A stretch of DNA of 64,000 bases from Vicinamibacterales bacterium. Its GTDB lineage: Bacteria; Acidobacteriota; Vicinamibacteria; Vicinamibacterales; SCN-69-37. The DNA lies in assembly GCA_035547155.1 (NCBI GenBank), contig DASZVJ010000133.1, forward strand, positions 135 through 64,134, read 5' to 3'. Below are positions 63,143-64,000 of this stretch, one piece after another. Made by a program: the position numbers and the translations under genes. The notes below the pieces were generated by a model. That model worked only from the letters and a program-made list of their open reading frames with translations, did no database searches and was not told where the DNA came from. Every line of letters starts with the position of its first letter. The first letter of the stretch is position 1.

Positions 63143-64000
63143 ATGACCGCATACGAGACGCTGACGCTCGTTTCCTATTTCTTTGTCCTGAGCATCCTTG
63201 GGATTTACGGCTGGCACCGGTACTTCATTGTCTACCAGTACATGAAGCACAAGGACCGCGTGCCTGGTCCGCCACCGTACGTCAGCGAATGGCCGGTCGT
63301 CACCGTCCAGCTTCCCATCTTCAACGAGATGTACGTCGTCGATCGTCTGATCGACGCCGTGTGCGACATCGACTATCCGAAGGATCGTCTCGAGATTCAG
63401 CTGCTCGACGACTCGACGGACGAGACGCGTGAGATCGCCGAGCTCGCCGTGCGGCGGCAGGCGGCGCGCGGGTTCGACATCAAATATCTGCATCGCACCG
63501 ATCGCACCGGTTTCAAGGCCGGCGCGCTCGATGCCGGGCTGAAGGTCGCGCGCGGAGAGCACATCGCGATCTTCGACGCGGACTTCATTCCGCCGTCCGA
63601 TTTCCTGAAGCGCACGGTGCCGTACTTCGTCGACGAGCGCGTCGCCGTCGTGCAGGCGCGCTGGGGCCATCTCAATCAGGCGTACTCGCTGCTCACGAAG
63701 GTGCAGGCCGTGCTGCTCGACGGCCACTTCGTGCTCGAGCACGGCGCCCGCAATCGTTCGGGCTGCTTCTTCAATTTCAACGGCACGGCAGGTGTCTGGC
63801 GTCGCGTCGCGATCGACGATGCGGGCGGGTGGCAGCACGACACGCTGACGGAAGATCTCGACTTGAGCTATCGCGCGCAGCTCCGCGGCTGGCAGTTCCG
63901 CTTCCTGCCTGACCTCGTGACGCCGGCCGAAGTGCCCGTCGAGATGAACGCGTTCAAGTCGCAGCAGCACCGATGGGCCAAAGGATCGATTCAGACGTGC
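63143..64000 (+). CDS. Processive GT2 beta-glycan synthase (CslA/cellulose-synthase-like), C-terminus outside the window
   Basis: My own translation from the ATG at 63143: MTAYETLTLVSYFFVLSILGIYGWHRYF…VTVQLPIFNEMYVV…LLDDSTDET…FDADFIPP…GTAGVWRR…TEDLDLSYR…QQHRWAKGS. This gives the D, DxD, TED and QxxRW signature series. Not in the ORF track because no stop lies in the window. Confidence 0.85.
   Translation, partial: MTAYETLTLVSYFFVLSILGIYGWHRYFIVYQYMKHKDRVPGPPPYVSEWPVVTVQLPIFNEMYVVDRLIDAVCDIDYPKDRLEIQLLDDSTDETREIAELAVRRQAARGFDIKYLHRTDRTGFKAGALDAGLKVARGEHIAIFDADFIPPSDFLKRTVPYFVDERVAVVQARWGHLNQAYSLLTKVQAVLLDGHFVLEHGARNRSGCFFNFNGTAGVWRRVAIDDAGGWQHDTLTEDLDLSYRAQLRGWQFRFLPDLVTPAEVPVEMNAFKSQQHRWAKGSIQTC

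Noticed and set aside
1-64000. Mobile elements, prophage, defence systems, CRISPR and rRNA
   Set aside because: I recognised no integrase, transposase, recombinase, nuclease/helicase defence signature, repeat-spacer array or rRNA-like sequence. The only mobile-element-like feature is the inverted-repeat element at 41856-41977, which is kept as a finding with a MITE alternative.

Overview
Very GC-rich bacterial chromosomal window, about two-thirds or more G+C by eye. The housekeeping proteins (RpoD, FtsZ, MutS2) look Acidobacteria-like, but that assignment is inference only. Because of the GC content the six-frame track is full of long antisense or out-of-frame shadow ORFs. I kept only frames with recognisable protein signatures or membrane-protein character.

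The window splits into three parts.

(1) Positions 1-32391 are a roughly 32 kb envelope-glycan assembly supercluster, almost entirely on the minus strand.
- Three clear ArnT/PMT-like GT-C membrane glycosyltransferases, plus four further large polytopic proteins.
- Three Dpm1/ArnC/GtrB-type GT2 enzymes (polyprenyl-phosphate sugar synthase-like).
- Two GT4 enzymes, a GT9 heptosyltransferase-like enzyme and an uncharacterised GT-B-like protein.
- A Wzx-type flippase.
- Two SDR epimerase/dehydratases and a DegT aminotransferase.
- GNAT, methyltransferase and deacetylase tailoring genes.
- A B12-binding radical SAM enzyme and a radical SAM/SPASM enzyme.
- A secreted protein with a Ser/Thr/Pro-rich tail, and a secreted HEAT-repeat protein.
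- No priming phosphoglycosyltransferase, Wzy, Wzz or Wza is recognisable.
This is my best candidate for an undescribed system: periplasmic-face glycan or glycoprotein assembly driven by lipid-linked monosaccharide donors, with radical-SAM tailoring.

(2) Positions 32392-49220 are a canonical dcw cluster on the plus strand: mraZ-rsmH-ftsL-ftsI-murE-murF-mraY-murD-[structured 280 nt spacer]-ftsW-murG-murC-ftsQ-ftsA-ftsZ. It lacks murB and ddl.

(3) Positions 49221-64000 are housekeeping genes.
- nagB-like, a TIGR03960-type radical SAM, a small SpoVG-like protein, pgeF, a methyltransferase and two Cys-rich zinc-ribbon proteins.
- tRNA(CAT), rpoD, dnaG, mutS2 and larB.
- The start of a processive GT2 synthase.

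Non-coding observations:
- A 122-nt multi-hairpin element closed by a 20-bp stem lies between murD and ftsW.
- A recurring CTTCGAA heptamer tandem repeat occurs in three intergenic spacers.
- A GCTTACG heptamer hairpin follows larB.
- Dense CCTTCGCG-type repeats flank the tRNA.

No CRISPR array, rRNA, transposase or integrase was seen.
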